DNA of 64,000 nucleotides from Octopus vulgaris (Eukaryota): NCBI GenBank assembly GCA_951406725.2, contig OX597818.1, positions 17,670,001 to 17,734,000 of the forward strand, read 5' to 3'. Shown piece by piece: positions 41,480 to 54,303 of this stretch (position 1 is its first letter; each line of letters starts with the position of its first letter). The notes under the pieces were generated by a model. It saw only the letters and a program-made list of their open reading frames with translations, ran no database searches and was not told where the DNA came from. The position numbers and the translations under genes were made by a program.

Positions 41480-43100
41480 TCGAGAGTTACTCACAAACAA
41501 GGAATAAGCAGTCGAAGACAGAGAGAAAACTGCTTCTATATGCTTTAAAAGCATTTGTATACCAACAAGGTAGCTTTATTTAACATGCTTTAACAGAAAA
41601 AAAAAGGTGGAATATGTGATCAAACATATGCGATGGTAACTCTGCTTCCTCGAAAACCCGGACTGCAAGCACACCTGCAAATATAATTAGAATCAAATCA
41701 CTAAAATATCTTCTACTAAAGAAACATGACAATTTCGAAGCTGATTTCATAAATATCATCAAAATGGTAAGATTTTTGCGTGATTTTAATTCTTTACTCG
41801 CCTCTTTAAACAAATACATGACACTTCAAATAATTACCAACAAAATATATATAAAAAAAAACACCTCCATGCTCAACACACTTCTTACAAATATCACTAC
41901 CAACATATTGAAGAAAACTGACATCTCAGCATGCAGCAAGATCGAAATTAAGGTGCTGTGCTAGATAGATGATCATGTCGACTTTCTCATCATGGCCGCT
42001 TTCTGTATCCGCTAAGAGACCGTAAGTCCAACTTTCTTTCCAACCTTAAATGCGGGCTAATTAACCCCTTTGAGAGAGGTAGACATGTATTCTCAAAACC
42101 ATTTATTCTGACATCGGATAGGCGACAGGGTTAATCCAATGGGGCTTCAGTGCAGTTGTAATCTGACATTTATCCAATGTCAGAATAAATGGTTTTGAGA
42201 ATACATGTCTACCTCTCTCAAAGGGGTTAATTAGCCCGCATTTAAGGTTCCGCGACATCTGCAATAAAGCAGCTTGAAAATTCATCCAATTTGATATCAT
42301 GGATTTCTACCCTTCAATATCGTAAACCCTCCTCCTGAAAGCTCAAGACTTTGGTGAACTTCACCATCAGAATCATTCTAAACGATAAGAAGTCACTTCT
42401 ATTTCACGGCGTTTTCTACTGGATAAAAGTGAAGGAGACCTACTATGACAGACCTGAGCTTGCTGACCTCATAGAATTGTTTATCCTGGATTCCCAACCA
42501 AAACAATTACACTTCTACAGTTCGGCTTTCTGCAGGGATGATGTCCTTGTAATCACAAGCCATATGAACGACAACACCATGGATAAGTTCAAGAAGAATC
42601 TTACAAACACTTTCAAAATGTTCCGTTAAAGTATATTGAATGTGTATTAGTATAATGAATTCAACAATGGTTTACTTGCTGAGTGTGAGGAATGGTTTTA
42701 TTGATAAGTCAGTGTCTACGCAGGATCCTCCACTCAACCCAAACCTGAAGATAGAAAAAGAATCGTAATCTAGTTTAATCTTCCATTCATTCTAGATGCT
42801 TCCCTAATGAGGCTAGAAACTTCTTGTCGCTAATTAGATTACGTTTCCCAAGAATCTGTATGCGTCATAAACTCTTTAAAGCCTATAACGTTAAATAATA
42901 TCACTTCCAACATTGCACACTTCAACAGAAGCAAGTACACACTCACACAGTCTCCACTTCACACTCCAGTCTGTAACCGCCCAAATTCCCCCGGTGCCTG
43001 CTGAGGGAATCCTGTCCCTGAAAAGATGTGGTCTATAGAGTTACCCTCACACCATTTGATATTACCACGTGATACTACACGAGCGTTATCAACCAACGGT
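41480..43100 (+). mobile_element. Second Penelope-like family, decayed RT
   Basis: RLINP, KFIQFDIMDFYPSI, YDRPELADL, CRDDVL, RKRIVI*FNLPF, KDVVYRV motifs. Confidence 0.75.
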
Positions 43101-43669
43101 TTCAAGTGCTCTCAAATTTAAAATCTTGAAATACTGTGCTGAAGAGCGAAAATGATTTGAATGGAAATGCGATTTTTGCATTTTTCATATCTAACTCCGA
43201 ATCACGTCCACAGTTAATCAAATGCCGAGTGAACTTCGTTATTTTTTCTCTTTGCCTACGGGAATTGTTTTTTAGTATATGTTATCTGGGAGATTTTCTT
43301 ATGGTAGAGAAATAGCTAGTTTCTTTGGCTGCTATTTCTAATTTCGGTATGTGGTGAAGCAAATTTTTTTGCTGAACCCTAATTATAATTATACTCATAG
43401 TTATAAAAATTACATATATATATATATGTATATACTTACTTATATACATATATACATATACATACATACATATTTACACGTACATATTTATATGTATGCG
43501 TATAGATATATGAGTACGTATTTAAAACTGTGACTGTCTCTTGTTTTCATTTTTTTTGTCATGGTGTTTTTTACATATTTCGTATGTGTTTCTCGCAGTT
43601 TATTAAAGATAATAATTTTTCTAAACCTGACATTAACGTTTCAAGACTTCCAAGATGAGGTGACGTTGG

Positions 43670-44457
43670 TGTATGTTGCTGCCTCTTTATAATAGGGAGA
43701 AAGAGTGTAGTTGGTGTACATACCGTTACCACAAATTTTAATTTTGAACCTGTGGGATGACGTCAGCAGCTGGGGAGCTGACCGGAACTTGGGGCTGACA
43801 GGAAGGGGCAGCCGGGACGCGCGCGCAGCGAGCGGAGATTTCTGCTTTTTCAACTCAGGTCGTCGCGGGGTTAAGATGGGTGATCACGTTGTTAAGGTTG
43901 GGTGAAGCTGCTGCTATCTCTAGCGTTCGGGTCGGGCTGTGTCGAAGGATCCGTTACCGCTGAAGGGTCTCCATCAGAGCGAAGAGAAGGTAGGTGCCTT
44001 TATTTCGAATCTCTCGCACACACCACAGAACCGCAGATGCATACGTCATCAGTCAGGTGTTTTATTTTTATTAGTGACAAGTTTATGTTGTTTGTGTATA
44101 TTTAGTTTAGCATTGTGACATGTTATGAATAGTAGCTGACATTATTAATTGTCCATTCCTTTTTGGGAATTCTGGAGATTGCAGAGCTGGACTGAAGAGC
44201 ACAGCACATCAAGTTATGAGAAATAGTGACTCTTGTAAATGCTTTGTAAATGTTACTTGTGATAGACTGGCATACAGCAGGAAGAGAAATTTCCTCCGCC
44301 TATTCAGTGATAAGAACGAGTCCCTATGAACCTTTACTTTAGTCACTACGAACCTTGTGGTTCTGCCTATATATAGGAAAGGGTTAGAGTTAAGTTTTAG
44401 AGACCCTCTATTTAGAGAATGGATATAGGAATATAATATTGCTTTCGGTATAATACA
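43670..44457. mobile_element. GC-rich, solo-LTR-like insertion
   Basis: TGTAT...ATACA termini and a CpG-rich interior in AT-rich surroundings. No clear TSD. Confidence 0.4.
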
Positions 44458-44531
44458 ATACTTAACTGCTTCGGTATTGAAAATTAGTTTCTTAATATCT
44501 CGATGCTGAAGTGTTTGCTCATAGTTCGGTG

Positions 44532-44561
44532 TTAGTGGAATCTTTCAGCACAACCTTTAAA
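44532..44561 (-). CDS. Candidate precursor, terminal exon (FKGCAERFH*)
   Basis: Strong acceptor tctgatttctcttcttatacacacag. Phase 0 supplies the second Cys, then TAA. Confidence 0.45.
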   Translation of the reverse strand, partial: FKGCAERFH

Positions 44562-45191
44562 CTGTGTGTATAAGAAGAGAAATCAGAAGCATGGTATTGA
44601 AGAAATTTAAAGTTAACCAACAGCAGTTTGGTAAATTATATGGGCACGAATACTAAATAAAAAGAGTGGTCAAACCGCATCTCGCGAGAGGCATATCGTT
44701 CTTCGCTGATTCAAATGGGGCTCATGGAAGTATGTAGGTTGAGACCTCCTCCCACTGCCCCTTTTCTTTTTCTCACCAGAGTTTGTATAGAAAAAAATAA
44801 GAAAATAAGAAAAAATATGTTTATATATAGAAACAAGAAAATAAGAAATAAGAAAAATATCAAGTGATATAATTATTTACTTGGTATAAACTGAGAATCC
44901 GTTGGTTTAGCACACACGTTTAATGTTCACAATAAAAATTTCAGAATTTCAATTTTTTACTTTATGTTAGAACTGAGTATTACCTTGTTCTAATATAAAT
45001 TAGGAGTTTAAAAGAAACCTATGCACAATTATTGTTATTGCATACATGTACTTCTCAATATTTACATTATATTTTTTTGTAACAAAATGTGCGATGTAAA
45101 AATAAAATGTGTGCATTAGTACATCATGCTGCTCTCTGAGAGATAATGTTTATCATATTAAGTAAGTTTCCCAGTCTCTGCTGTATATAAT

Positions 45192-45410
45192 ATTGGTTTC
45201 AAATTTTGGCACAGGGCCAACAATTTCTGGACGGTGGTAAGTCGATTACATCTACCCTAGTGCTCAACTGGTACTTATTTTATCGACCCCGAAAGGATGA
45301 AAAGCGAAGTAGACCTCAGCAGAATTTGATCTCAGAACATAAAGACAGACGATTAGCCGTTAAGCATTTTTCCCAGGCGTGCTAAAGACTCTGCCAGCTC
45401 GCTGCCCTAC
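45192..45410 (-). mobile_element. SINE family A
   Basis: Same core as the other copies. Confidence 0.8.
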
Positions 45411-45751
45411 TGCTAAATATAATATTAAGTTCTTAGAGAGGAAAGTCTGTGTACTTGACGCCATTCCTGGTCAGTCTATTTCATTTTACTCAATTATTGT
45501 GCTTTTAATTTCCAAAAGTCGATCCAACCTATGATTATTCGACCTACGAGAAATAACCAAATCTCCGTCAAGCTATAGTCTGCCTTTAAGAAAGATTAGA
45601 TAGTAAGCGTAAGCCTAGGTGTATTATGGCTGAACAAATAAAAGAGAGACTGGATATGACCGCAACGCCTTTGATCATCAATCAGCCTGATAGTTTTTAA
45701 GATAAACAACAGCAATTATAAGGTCCCTGATTAAATAAAAGGATATCCTAC

Positions 45752-45798
45752 CTGTGCATCACAGTCTGGAAAACGTTTTTCCACCGGATCTATTTTCT
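45752..45798 (-). CDS. Candidate precursor, 47-nt exon (QKIDPVEKRFPDCDAQ)
   Basis: Acceptor aattttttcacag, donor CAG|GTAGGA. Phase 1 to 0, contains the KR dibasic site. Confidence 0.5.
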
Positions 45799-46000
45799 CT
45801 GTGAAAAAATTCTGTCGTTTGTAAAAATTATAACACATCTAGTAAAATAAAGTAAAACATAACCAGTGCATTATTTCTCTTGGAAAAATGACCCTCCCGA
45901 GGCATATTAACAAACATTTTCATGTATTCCATAAATATACTTACAAATGCTGCTCTCAATTCATAAAAGCACATAGTACAAGCAGGTTGTAGGTGAACAA

Positions 46001-46296
46001 CAGTGGTTCTCAGCTGGGGTCCGTATGGCCCCTGGGGGTCCAATAAGATTTTGTGTGTCCACTTGACAGAATAATAAATTGGAGAGCCACGATAGTATTT
46101 TAAGGGCCCATGAAAAAAAATTGCTTTCGATGTATGTATTGCAAGAAACAGGTTTCTTTCTTTAACATTTTACGTAGTTCAACCTACACAAGTTAATGTG
46201 TGAAAAACAAGAAGTTTTGAAAAAAATTTCCATAAAACATCGAATGGCTTTGGGTAGGGATTCATAGATTTTTTTTTAATGGTTGAGAACTCCGGG
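46001..46296. mobile_element. hAT-type MITE (same family as 24928, inverted)
   Basis: cagtggttctca...tgagaactcc termini and shared interior. Confidence 0.7.
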
Positions 46297-46759
46297 TGTA
46301 CAGCAAAGAAACGCACTAACCGCCTCAATTTTTCTCAGTGTAGCAATTTCATATTCTCACCACCACCATCATTTCACCTTACCTCCAGTTAACTTGAAAT
46401 CTTCAGATTTGCCGGGGAAAAAGATATCTTTTATCTTTTGCTTGTTTCAGTCATTTGACTGTAGCTATGATGGAGGAAGGGTTCTTAGTCGAACAAATCG
46501 ACTCAAGGACTTTTTTAAGCTTAGTACTTATTCTATCGTCCTATTTTGCCGAACCACTGGTGTTCAAGAAGTGGTAGAGGACAAATACAGACACAAAGAC
46601 ACCGAAACTGTAAGGACAATCTGGAAACTTAACTGATGAGAGAAAGCCAGAAATGGCCCGTCCTTGTTTTGTCCTGTCCATCTTTTTCTTGTCGTCTGTT
46701 GCGTACTTGTTCCAGTTTTTGGAATTATGCACACAGACACACACACACACACATACATA

Positions 46760-46990
46760 TATTTTTTGTTTGTTTTTGTTTTTCCAGTTTCAGCTCTTGA
46801 GCTGTGGCCATGCTGGGGCACCGCCATTGTGGTGAAAGAGTACAGCAGGGATCACCACCCCCTGCGGAGCCTCGTAGAGCTTTTTAGGTGTTTTCGCTCA
46901 ATAAACACACACAACGCCCGGTCTGAGAATCGAAACCGCGATCCTGCGACCGCGAGTCCGCTGCCCTAACCACTAGGCCATTGCGCCTCT
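46760..46990 (-). mobile_element. Young tRNA-derived SINE family D
   Basis: Head gcaatggcctagtggttagggc..ggtttcgattc; nearly identical copy at 59193-59410. Confidence 0.8.
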
Positions 46991-47004
46991 ATATATATAT
47001 ATAT

Positions 47005-47410
47005 AAGCTTGCTTCCAAACCACATGGTTCCGGGTTCAGTCCCACTGCGTGACACCTTGGGCAAGTGTCTTCTACTATAGCCTTGGGTCGACCAAAGCGT
47101 TGTGAGTGGATTTGGTATACGGAAACTGAAAACCCGTCGTGTATATATATATATATATATATACAAATGTATTTATATGTATATATATATGTATATGTAT
47201 TTGTGTGTCTCTGTTTGCCCCCCCCCCTCATCATCGCTTGCCGACCGATGCTGGTGTGTTTACGTCCCCGTAACTTAGCAGTTCGGCAAAAGTAACCGAT
47301 AAAATAAGTACTAGGCTTACAAAGAATAAGTGGTGGGGTCGATTTGTTCGATTAAAGATGGTGATCCAGAATGGCAGGAGTCAAATGACTGAAACAAATA
47401 AGAGTAAAAA
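47005..47410 (+). mobile_element. SINE family B
   Basis: Matches 18253-18585. Confidence 0.8.
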
Positions 47411-47552
47411 AGTAAGATATATATATATACAACGGGCTTCTTTCAGTTTCTACCAAATCCATTCACAAAACTTTGATTGGCCTGGGGATATAGTACAAGA
47501 CACTTGCTCAAGATTGCTACGCAGTAGGACTGAACCCGAAACCATGGGCCTT

Positions 47553-47642
<90 letters not shown>

Positions 47643-48221
47643 TACATCTAAACTACTACCACCATCACCACTGCTATTACCACAACGACCATCACCATTA
47701 CTACTACTCCTTAAAACTTTATTACAGTGTAGCCCAGCTGTATATGTAGCAGTATCAGCAACAACAGTAACTGCATTGAAGCAAGAGTGAGTGAAATCAG
47801 GTCTAGGTTAACTACAATCTAGTAGGGTGAGGCTTTTAACACTAGTCCTCGGCCAGCCTCATGCTGAGCTTTCCAGCAGCATATTTCATATCCTTTCTAA
47901 GATGTTAACCATCAGCACTCAACTTTATGGTCTCACTTTCAGACCCCGAACATAGGAGTCCACCTCTCAAAATGCAAGACGGTTGTAAGTTATTCTAGGA
48001 ACAGATGCATCAGATATTCACGACCTTTGCACTCCAGGCCACTGCTGAATCCTACTTCTTTTTAAGACCCAATATGTATGTAATATATGCATGTATGTAT
48101 GTATGTATGTATGTATGTATGTATGTATGTATGTATGTATGTATGTATGTATGGAATAGGAAGGAGGATTGATGGATGAATGGATGGTTGGATGTACGCA
48201 TGTATGCATGCATGCACGTAC

Positions 48222-48243
48222 GTGTTTGTAAAAAGTCCTCAAT
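48222..48243 (-). CDS. Candidate precursor, 22-nt micro-exon (IEDFLQT)
   Basis: Strong acceptor tttacattcttctttaatccag, donor C|GTACGT. Phase 0 to 1 bridges exons 1 and 3. Confidence 0.45.
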
Positions 48244-48863
48244 CTGGATTAAAGAAGAATGTAAACATATCATTTCTATGCTAGTGATGGTGAGAATAAA
48301 GGAGTGATTCTTCTGATAGGTTGTTCTACAGTTTGTTGACCGCTCTTCACAGAATACGTACGAAACAGATTTCCCCAATTAGATTGTCACTTAGGCTTTT
48401 ACTTACAATTGGTAAAAGGGTTAACGCAAATCTCTGGCAAACTGAACGTGTATGACAAGACTTACCTTCTGAATTACGATTACACAAGCTACATAGACGT
48501 GGTTCGGCAGTTTCTAGCGGCTTAATTTCACTTTATTCGTTTTGGTCACTGAATGAGACCATGCTAGGGCAAAGCCTTGAAGAGTTTTTGTCGAACAAAT
48601 AGACCCCAGTACTTTTCTTCTTTCGGAAGACTGGTACTTATTCTATCAGTTTATTTTGCCGAAGTTATGAGAACGTAAACAAATCAACACTGGTTGTAAA
48701 ACGGTGATAGAATACAAACATAAACACAGACACACTTACATATCTGTCGAAGAGCATAAGCTCGAAACGTCAAAGATGTTTCCATTCTTCCCAAACGTCA
48801 AACTAATTCACCTGCGTATTGTTCCCTCACCTGTCTTTGTCTTTTATTTTCTGTACAATTGAA

Positions 48864-48909
<46 letters not shown>

Positions 48910-49147
48910 GTCATGGTGGGCTTCTTCCAGTTTCTGTGTACCATATCCACTCACGAGGCTTTTGATTGTTCGGTCCGGGGCTATAGTTGAAGACACTCGC
49001 CCAAAGTTCCACGCAGAGACTGAACCTGGAACCAGGTAGTTGGGAAGCAGACTGCTTACCACATAGCCCCGGCTGTGAGTATACATTCTACAAAGTCAAT
49101 AGAAATTATGCAATGCTTATTGAAAATTCGCGAAATAAATTTGGTAC

Positions 49148-49267
49148 CTGGTAAATTGTTTCATAATACTGCTGCAGATTGTTCCATATTGAGTTTATGG
49201 AGCCAGCGACGAATAGAAATATCACCGCCGTCAATAACAGTAGGATAGTCGAACGACCCCTAGACAT
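49148..49267 (-). CDS. Candidate secreted-peptide precursor, exon 1 (signal peptide MSRGRSTILLLLTAVIFLFVAG + SINSIWNNLQQYYETIYQ)
   Basis: Basic-hydrophobic-small signal pattern. 120 nt, donor CAG|GTACCA. An acceptor-like tgtttccag lies immediately before the ATG. Confidence 0.6.
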
Positions 49268-49581
49268 TCTGGAAACATAGGACCGGAAGCTGAGTCCTTT
49301 CTTCATTGTACAAATTTTAAGATCGTGTTCATAATAAGAAACTTTTATGAATATGGAATAAATAAATCGTTTCGAAACGCTATTCGTGTACTGTTTACTG
49401 TGTTGCTATAGTTACAGCGAAGCTCTCTCAACTTGGACAATTCCTTTCGATTTAGATTTAACTTCGTTGTTGTTGTTGTTGTTGTTGTTGTTGTTGATGA
49501 TGATGAGGTCTCAACTTGGACAATTCCTTTTGATTTAGATTTAACTTCGTTGTTGTATCGTTGTTGTTGTTGTTGTTGTTG

Positions 49582-49627
<46 letters not shown>

Positions 49628-50029
49628 CGATGACGATTTTATTGTTGTTTCTGCGATTGTTGTTGCTGTTGATACAAACGATACACTCACTACCACCCTG
49701 AATATATTGTGTATGCGTGCATGTGTGTATGCGGGTAAGTATGCAAACCTCTGTGTGTGTGTGCGTGTGTGTGTGTGTGTGTGTGGTGTGTGTGTGTATA
49801 GGTGTGCGTGTGTGAGTGTAGGTGTGTGTGTGAGTGTAGGTGTGTGTGTAGGTTATGTGTGTTTGTAGGTGTGTATGCACACGCAAGTATATATAGGATG
49901 GCCAAAAGTAACAAGATCGTTTTAAGTGTATAACAACATTTTTTTACAATTTTTTTCAATTTTAGAAAGTGCCTGCTTTTGTCAAGAACAAAATGGTGAC
50001 CATTTCATTTTAAGGTTGTAATTTTCAAA

Positions 50030-50300
50030 CCCCGATGTCGTCGCCTGTAACGCGGAGTCGAGAAAAGTCCGATAAGTATAGAAACCTGGCCGGCTGCTAT
50101 CAGTTTGTGCCGCTGGCCGTCCAGACGTCAGGTGTTCTAGGACCCCATACTACCGATTTCCTTCGCAAAATAGGAAATGCGGCGGCCCGTCTGAGAAATG
50201 AGCCCCATGAGGTGGAATGGCTGCTGCGGCGAATGTCGCTGACCATTCTCCGCGGCAACGCCATCGCAGACATTACTGAGGGGTGCCGTTAAGTACCACA
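50030..50300 (+). mobile_element. CRE-like (RLE-type) non-LTR retrotransposon C-terminal fragment
   Basis: KSDKY...FVPLAVQTSGVLG...LLRRMSLTILRGNA matches the K..KY/F.P.A.ET.G/RGNA pattern. Confidence 0.7.
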
Positions 50301-50565
50301 CTTTTTCTGGAATATGTAGCCCATCTCCTCTCCCTCCATCTCCCGCTACTTTTTCCTCAATTTGTTTTATTTTCAATTTTTTTTTTCATCTTTTTAAAGT
50401 ATATATTAGTAAATAAAGTGCTTTATGAAAATTAAGAAATGTTTTCTAAGAAGTGTATTTATTGTTAATAAAAGACTAAATGTGAATATTTAACATTATA
50501 CTTTGGAATAGTCTAGAGATTTGAGGGCCACCCTGCACGTGTGTATGTATTTGTATGTATGCCTG

Positions 50566-53500
50566 TGTAGGGCAGGATTCATGACAGACGAACTGTGGGC
50601 AGGAATTTCGCTGCGGGCAAGTGAAAGAGAAGCGGCAGCAAAGATGCTGGCGGAGGAATTAGGCGATTCTAAACTTTCGGAACTGATGGAGAAAATGTTG
50701 GTATTAGTCCCCACCCCCCACCGGTGAGTCACCTTCCTTTTAGTTTAGGGAAATATTGCTCCGCAAGCTGCCACCCCAGGCCAGGCCCTCATAACTCAGA
50801 CCGAAATCAAGGACCTACGGCAATTAGCGAAGGCAACTGCGTCGTGGTCAACGCCATAGGGTTGGCCCCAAAACAGGGTAGGGTTAAGCAAGATGACCTG
50901 TGCTTCTACCATGAAAAGTTCGGGAAAAAGGCAACAAAGTGCAAACAACTCTGTAGCTTCAGGACCTCTTCACCAGTGACCCAGGGAAACTCCAGGGCCG
51001 GCCACCATTGAACGCATGGTGACCGGCAGACATTATCAAATGCTCCTCTATGTCCGCAATCGGACCTCCGGACTCACTAATCGACACAGGAGCAGAAGTC
51101 AGCGTTAACCCGACGTCGGCAAGGGACCTCCGTCGCAGAAAGCGGAGCCAACCTTTAACAGCCGCTAACGGGTCCACAATTCAGGCATATGGTCATCACA
51201 CCCTTTCTCTCAACATCGGCTCACAAAAATACACATGAACGTTCACCATCGCCGATGTCCATCAGCCCATAATCGGTGTAGACTTTCTTCGAGTACACTT
51301 GCTACTTGTTGATTTGCAGGGAAGACGACTCATCAACAACAACACATACACTTCCGTGTCTCTTGCAACATCTACACATACTGCCCCCTGCATTGCAACC
51401 GTCTCGCAGACCAAGAACGAATTCTTAAATTTTCTTGTAAGTCACCCCAATCTCACCATTCCGACATTCTCCAAACCTCCAGCCCTCCACGGGGTGACAC
51501 ACCACTTCTCCACCACCGGCTCCCCAGTACACGTCATCTATCACCTGAAAAACCTGCAATCACAAAGGCTGAGTTCGACAATATGGAGGCATTGGGCATA
51601 GTTCGCCAATCAAGCAGTCCCTCTTCGTCATCCCTGCATGTGGCCCCCAAATTCAATGGAGGTTATCGACCCTGCGGAGATTACCACCGTCCCAACGCAG
51701 ATACGACACCTGACACACAAGATATCTCAGCCCAGCTAGCCGGGTGCTCGATTTTCTCGAAGGTTGACCTCATCCAGAGATACCACCAAATACCAGTACA
51801 AGACGACGATGTACCGAAAATCGCTGTAATCACTCCTTTCGGTCTCTACGAATTACTACGTACACCCCTTGGGCTAAAAAAAAAACGCAGCACAATCCTT
51901 CCAAAGCCTGATGGACACTGTGTGCAGAGGTCTCGATTTTGTCTTTGCATACTTAGATGATATTCTTATTGCAAGCCAAAACGCGGAGCTTCATAAGTAG
52001 CACCTAGAAACTCTTTTTGATAGGCTGGAACAATATGGTTTGGTAATCAACCCTGCCAAGTGTGTTTTTGGTGCGACAGAAATCGACTTCTTGGGACATC
52101 GAATCACAAGTGCCAGCGCTACACCCCTGCCAGAAAAAGTGAAAGCTAACCTATTTTTTCATGCCCCACCACAAGCAAGGCTCTACATCAATTCGTGAGC
52201 ATGGTAAACTTTTACCATCGCTTCATTCCTTCTGTAGCAAGAGTAATGAGATCCCTATAAAAGGCAGTCAAAAGAGGGTTCAAAAAGACAGGTGGAGTGG
52301 GATAGTACAATGACTTCAGCCTTCGAATCCACAAAACAAGCCCTGGCTCATGCAACCATGCTGTCTCATCCTCATATGTCAGCTTGGACAGCACTCACAG
52401 TTGGTGCATCCGACACAGCCATTAGTGGCATTTTGGAAAAACTCATCAACAGTTAGTGGTGACTACTCACCTTCTTCAGCCAACATCTACGACCCCCTGA
52501 ACAGATATACAGTGCTTTTGACAGGGAACTACTGGCTGTCCATCAAGTTGTCTGCCACTTTCACTATTCCCTTGAAGGCTACACGTTTACAGTATTCACA
52601 GATCACAAACCACTCACCTTTGCTATGAGCAAGCTCTCGGAGCCTTGGTCTGCACGCCAGCAATGACAGTTATCGGCCATTTCTGAGTATACCACAGACA
52701 TCCAACACATAGCCGGCAAGGGCAGTTGCCAACGCACTTTCTCGTGTTCCTACCTGCTCTCACAGCTACCTAGCACCAATAACGGAATGCTTGGATTACG
52801 AAACTATAGCTGCAACGCAACAGACAGATGACGAGACCAGGGCCTACCGCACTACCATCACATCACTTTCTTTGCAGGATGTACACTTTGGCTCTAACGG
52901 CACAACCCTACTGTGTGATGTATCCACTGGCAAGCCGCGACCGATTGTCCCATCAGGCTGGCACAAGAAAGTTTTTCATGTCATTCACAGACTTTCCCAC
53001 CCAGGTACTAAAGCCACATGACAGCTGCTGTCAAGCAAATTTATCTGGCACGGTACGGCCAAGCAAATCGGGGATTGGACCAGGACCTGGATCACCTGTC
53101 AACAAGCCAAAGTCCATCAGCACATCAAAGCACCCCTGGGCAACTATGAACCACCTCAGGCCACGTCAACATCGACCTTGTTGGCCCCCTACCACCTTCA
53201 CAGGGTTGCTCTATCTACTGACCTTGGTAGACCACTATACCCGTTGGCCTGAGGTTATCCCTCTCCGCAACACAGAAACACAAGAAGTCAGCCGAGCTCT
53301 CATCGCAAACTAGGTCGCCCAGACAGCATCTCATCCGATCAGGGTCCACAATTCACCTCAAAGCTGTAGAATGACGTATCACAGTTTTGGAATCACAATG
53401 AACTGCACAACAGCCTACCACCCACAGGCCAACAGATTAGTGGAGAGATTTCACTGCTGCTTGAAGGAATCTCTGATAACCAGACTTAATGGGCCAAATT

Positions 53501-54303
53501 GGATTGACCAACTCCCATCGGGGATGCTGGAAATCCACAGAGCCCCAAAAGAAAATCTCAACACTTCCTCTGCGCAAATGATATACAGTACCCCTCTTAC
53601 AGTGCCAGGAGAGTTCCTTCCGAATACGAAGTCAGATCTGAATGTCAAAAGGTACCTCGCCCAACTGAGTGACAGCATGGGCTAGTTGCGCCCTGTTCCC
53701 ATGTCGACACACAGTACACCCAGATCATCCATATCAAATAACCTCTGCACAGCTAACTTTGTGTTCGTTCGATGTGACACACAACGAAAACCCCTCCAGT
53801 CACCCTATGATGGTCCATATTATGTCATACATCCGGGAGATAAAACATTCCAACTCCTAATTGGTGGACAACAAGACACAGTCTCCACCGATAGATTGAA
53901 ACCGGTCCATTTCGATATTGACAGCCCCGTTCAGGTAGCCCAGCCACTAAACAGGGGCCACCCTAGGCAGATCACACCAACCCTTGACAAGGAGCAGTCA
54001 TCAAGGAATTGAGTTACCACATGCATGGGCAGGACAATTAAAATGCCTTCCATTTCCAATGATAGTCAACAGTTCTGGGTGGGGGGCTATGAAGGACAGG
54101 ATTCATGACAGACGAACTGTAGACAGGAACTTCGTTCTGGGCTAGCTAGGAAGTTGGTCAGCAGCGAAAGAAGAGCAACAAAAGAATGTCAGCAGTGAGT
54201 GTTAAATGAATCTGAATGAACTAAACAGAAATAATTGGCAACTTAAGCCCCGGTGTACGTAAAGTAGTAAACCTTTGATAAATGTATTCTCATCTTCACT
54301 ACT
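50566..54303 (+). mobile_element. Gypsy/Ty3 LTR retrotransposon, degenerate
   Basis: LTR start repeated at 50566 and 54090 (caggattcatgacagacgaactgt), PPT gggtgggggg. Gag LGDSK.SELM and CFYH..FG..A.KC, protease IDTGAEVS, RT FSKVDL/YLDDILIAS, RNase H, integrase LSHPG/TTAYHPQAN. Many stops. Confidence 0.93.

Noticed and set aside
44679-44688. TCTCGCGAGA palindrome (vertebrate CGCG promoter element)
   Set aside because: A single 10-mer with no supporting promoter evidence; it lies in a predicted intron.
48411-48488. Two extra AG...GTAAGT micro-exon candidates on the minus strand
   Set aside because: Both give a stop in phase 0 after exon 1, and they are too close together for an intron.
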